NCBI RefSeq assembly: GCF_001194135.2
Contig: NC_068997.1
Span: 47,829,845 to 47,891,906 of the forward strand
Reading direction: 5' to 3'
Length of the DNA: 62,062 nt
Source of the DNA: Octopus bimaculoides
Taxonomy: Eukaryota
The notes beneath the pieces are model-generated. The model ran no database searches, was not told the DNA's origin, and was given only the letters and a program-made list of their open reading frames with translations. Both the position numbers and the translations under genes were made by a program. Shown piece after piece: positions 61,610 to 62,062 of the stretch (the first letter of the stretch is position 1; every line of letters starts with the position of its first letter).

Positions 61610-61855
61610 TCTGTCACTTTCTCCCCATTCCTCACCTTCTTTTACTATCCTATACACCCCACATTATTTTTCCCCCTCTCTCTCTCTCCACCCCTACACA
61701 CTCAATACTACTACAAAAAGAGACGAATCCCTTCAAAAAAATTTAAATCTGAAGAATCTATTAGAGTAGATGAAAGCGCTAATGTATGATTTATAAAAAC
61801 ATGTGACGTATTAATAAAAATCTGTAAATATACAACAATCCAGATCTCTGAGCAC
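61610..61855 (+). mobile_element. Short hammerhead-bearing PLE-derived unit (paralog of 43895-44105)
   Basis: Colinear similarity with 43895-44105. Confidence 0.8.
61745..61790 (+). ncRNA. Minimal type I hammerhead ribozyme motif with intact catalytic core
   Basis: AAAT-CTGAAGA-ATCTA-ttagag-TAGAT-GAAA-GCGC-TA: CUGANGA and GAAA intact, perfect 5-bp stem II, palindromic GCGC. A ~5-nt insertion relative to the paralog shortens stem I. Confidence 0.7.
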
Positions 61856-62062
61856 TTATATATATATATATATATTGTCTTCGAAACGTCTAGATAGAAT
61901 AGAGACAGCTGATGAAGGGATATTCCAAGTGGCTTTCCGTTTTCCTATGTGGTCGTTCCGTTGTCTGTAGTTTATTGTTCTAACGTCCTGTACCCTGATA
62001 TGCATGTATATACACATGTAGATGTAAGTATGTACATATATGTGTGTATACATGTATATATA

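Noticed and set aside
61267-61789. His/Thr- or Cys/Val-repeat proteins
   Set aside because: These are translations of (CA)n/(TG)n microsatellites.
61876-61930. CGAAACGTC...CTGATGAAGGG as a circularly permuted (type II) hammerhead
   Set aside because: Both half-motifs are present, but stems I and II do not pair convincingly in that order. At most these are two broken halves.

Overview
Eukaryotic, AT-rich, gap-containing draft assembly. The SINE families and the (CA)n/(TA)n microsatellites look like octopus/cephalopod DNA (recognition, not a database result). There is no intact protein-coding gene. The window is mostly decayed retroelements: a ~7 kb tandem array of RTE-clade RT fragments (1-6955), several Penelope-like RT/GIY-YIG remnants, other RTE pieces, a Gypsy integrase split by a hAT MITE with an 8-bp TSD, a mariner fragment, a Tx1/L1 ORF2 tail and many tRNA-derived SINEs. 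The most notable observations are: (1) five diverged copies of an unnamed ORF1/Gag-like element that share a 3' end and have no RT; (2) an R2-type triple zinc finger fused to one of these copies; (3) minimal hammerhead-ribozyme motifs in short units, one bracketed by a 329-bp direct repeat (retrozyme/pLTR-like); (4) a ~360-bp loopless fold-back; (5) a sharp CpG-depletion boundary near 36.5 kb beside a strong minus-strand splice donor, which suggests the left half lies in a methylated intron of an unseen gene. Most element boundaries are approximate, and alignments were done by eye.
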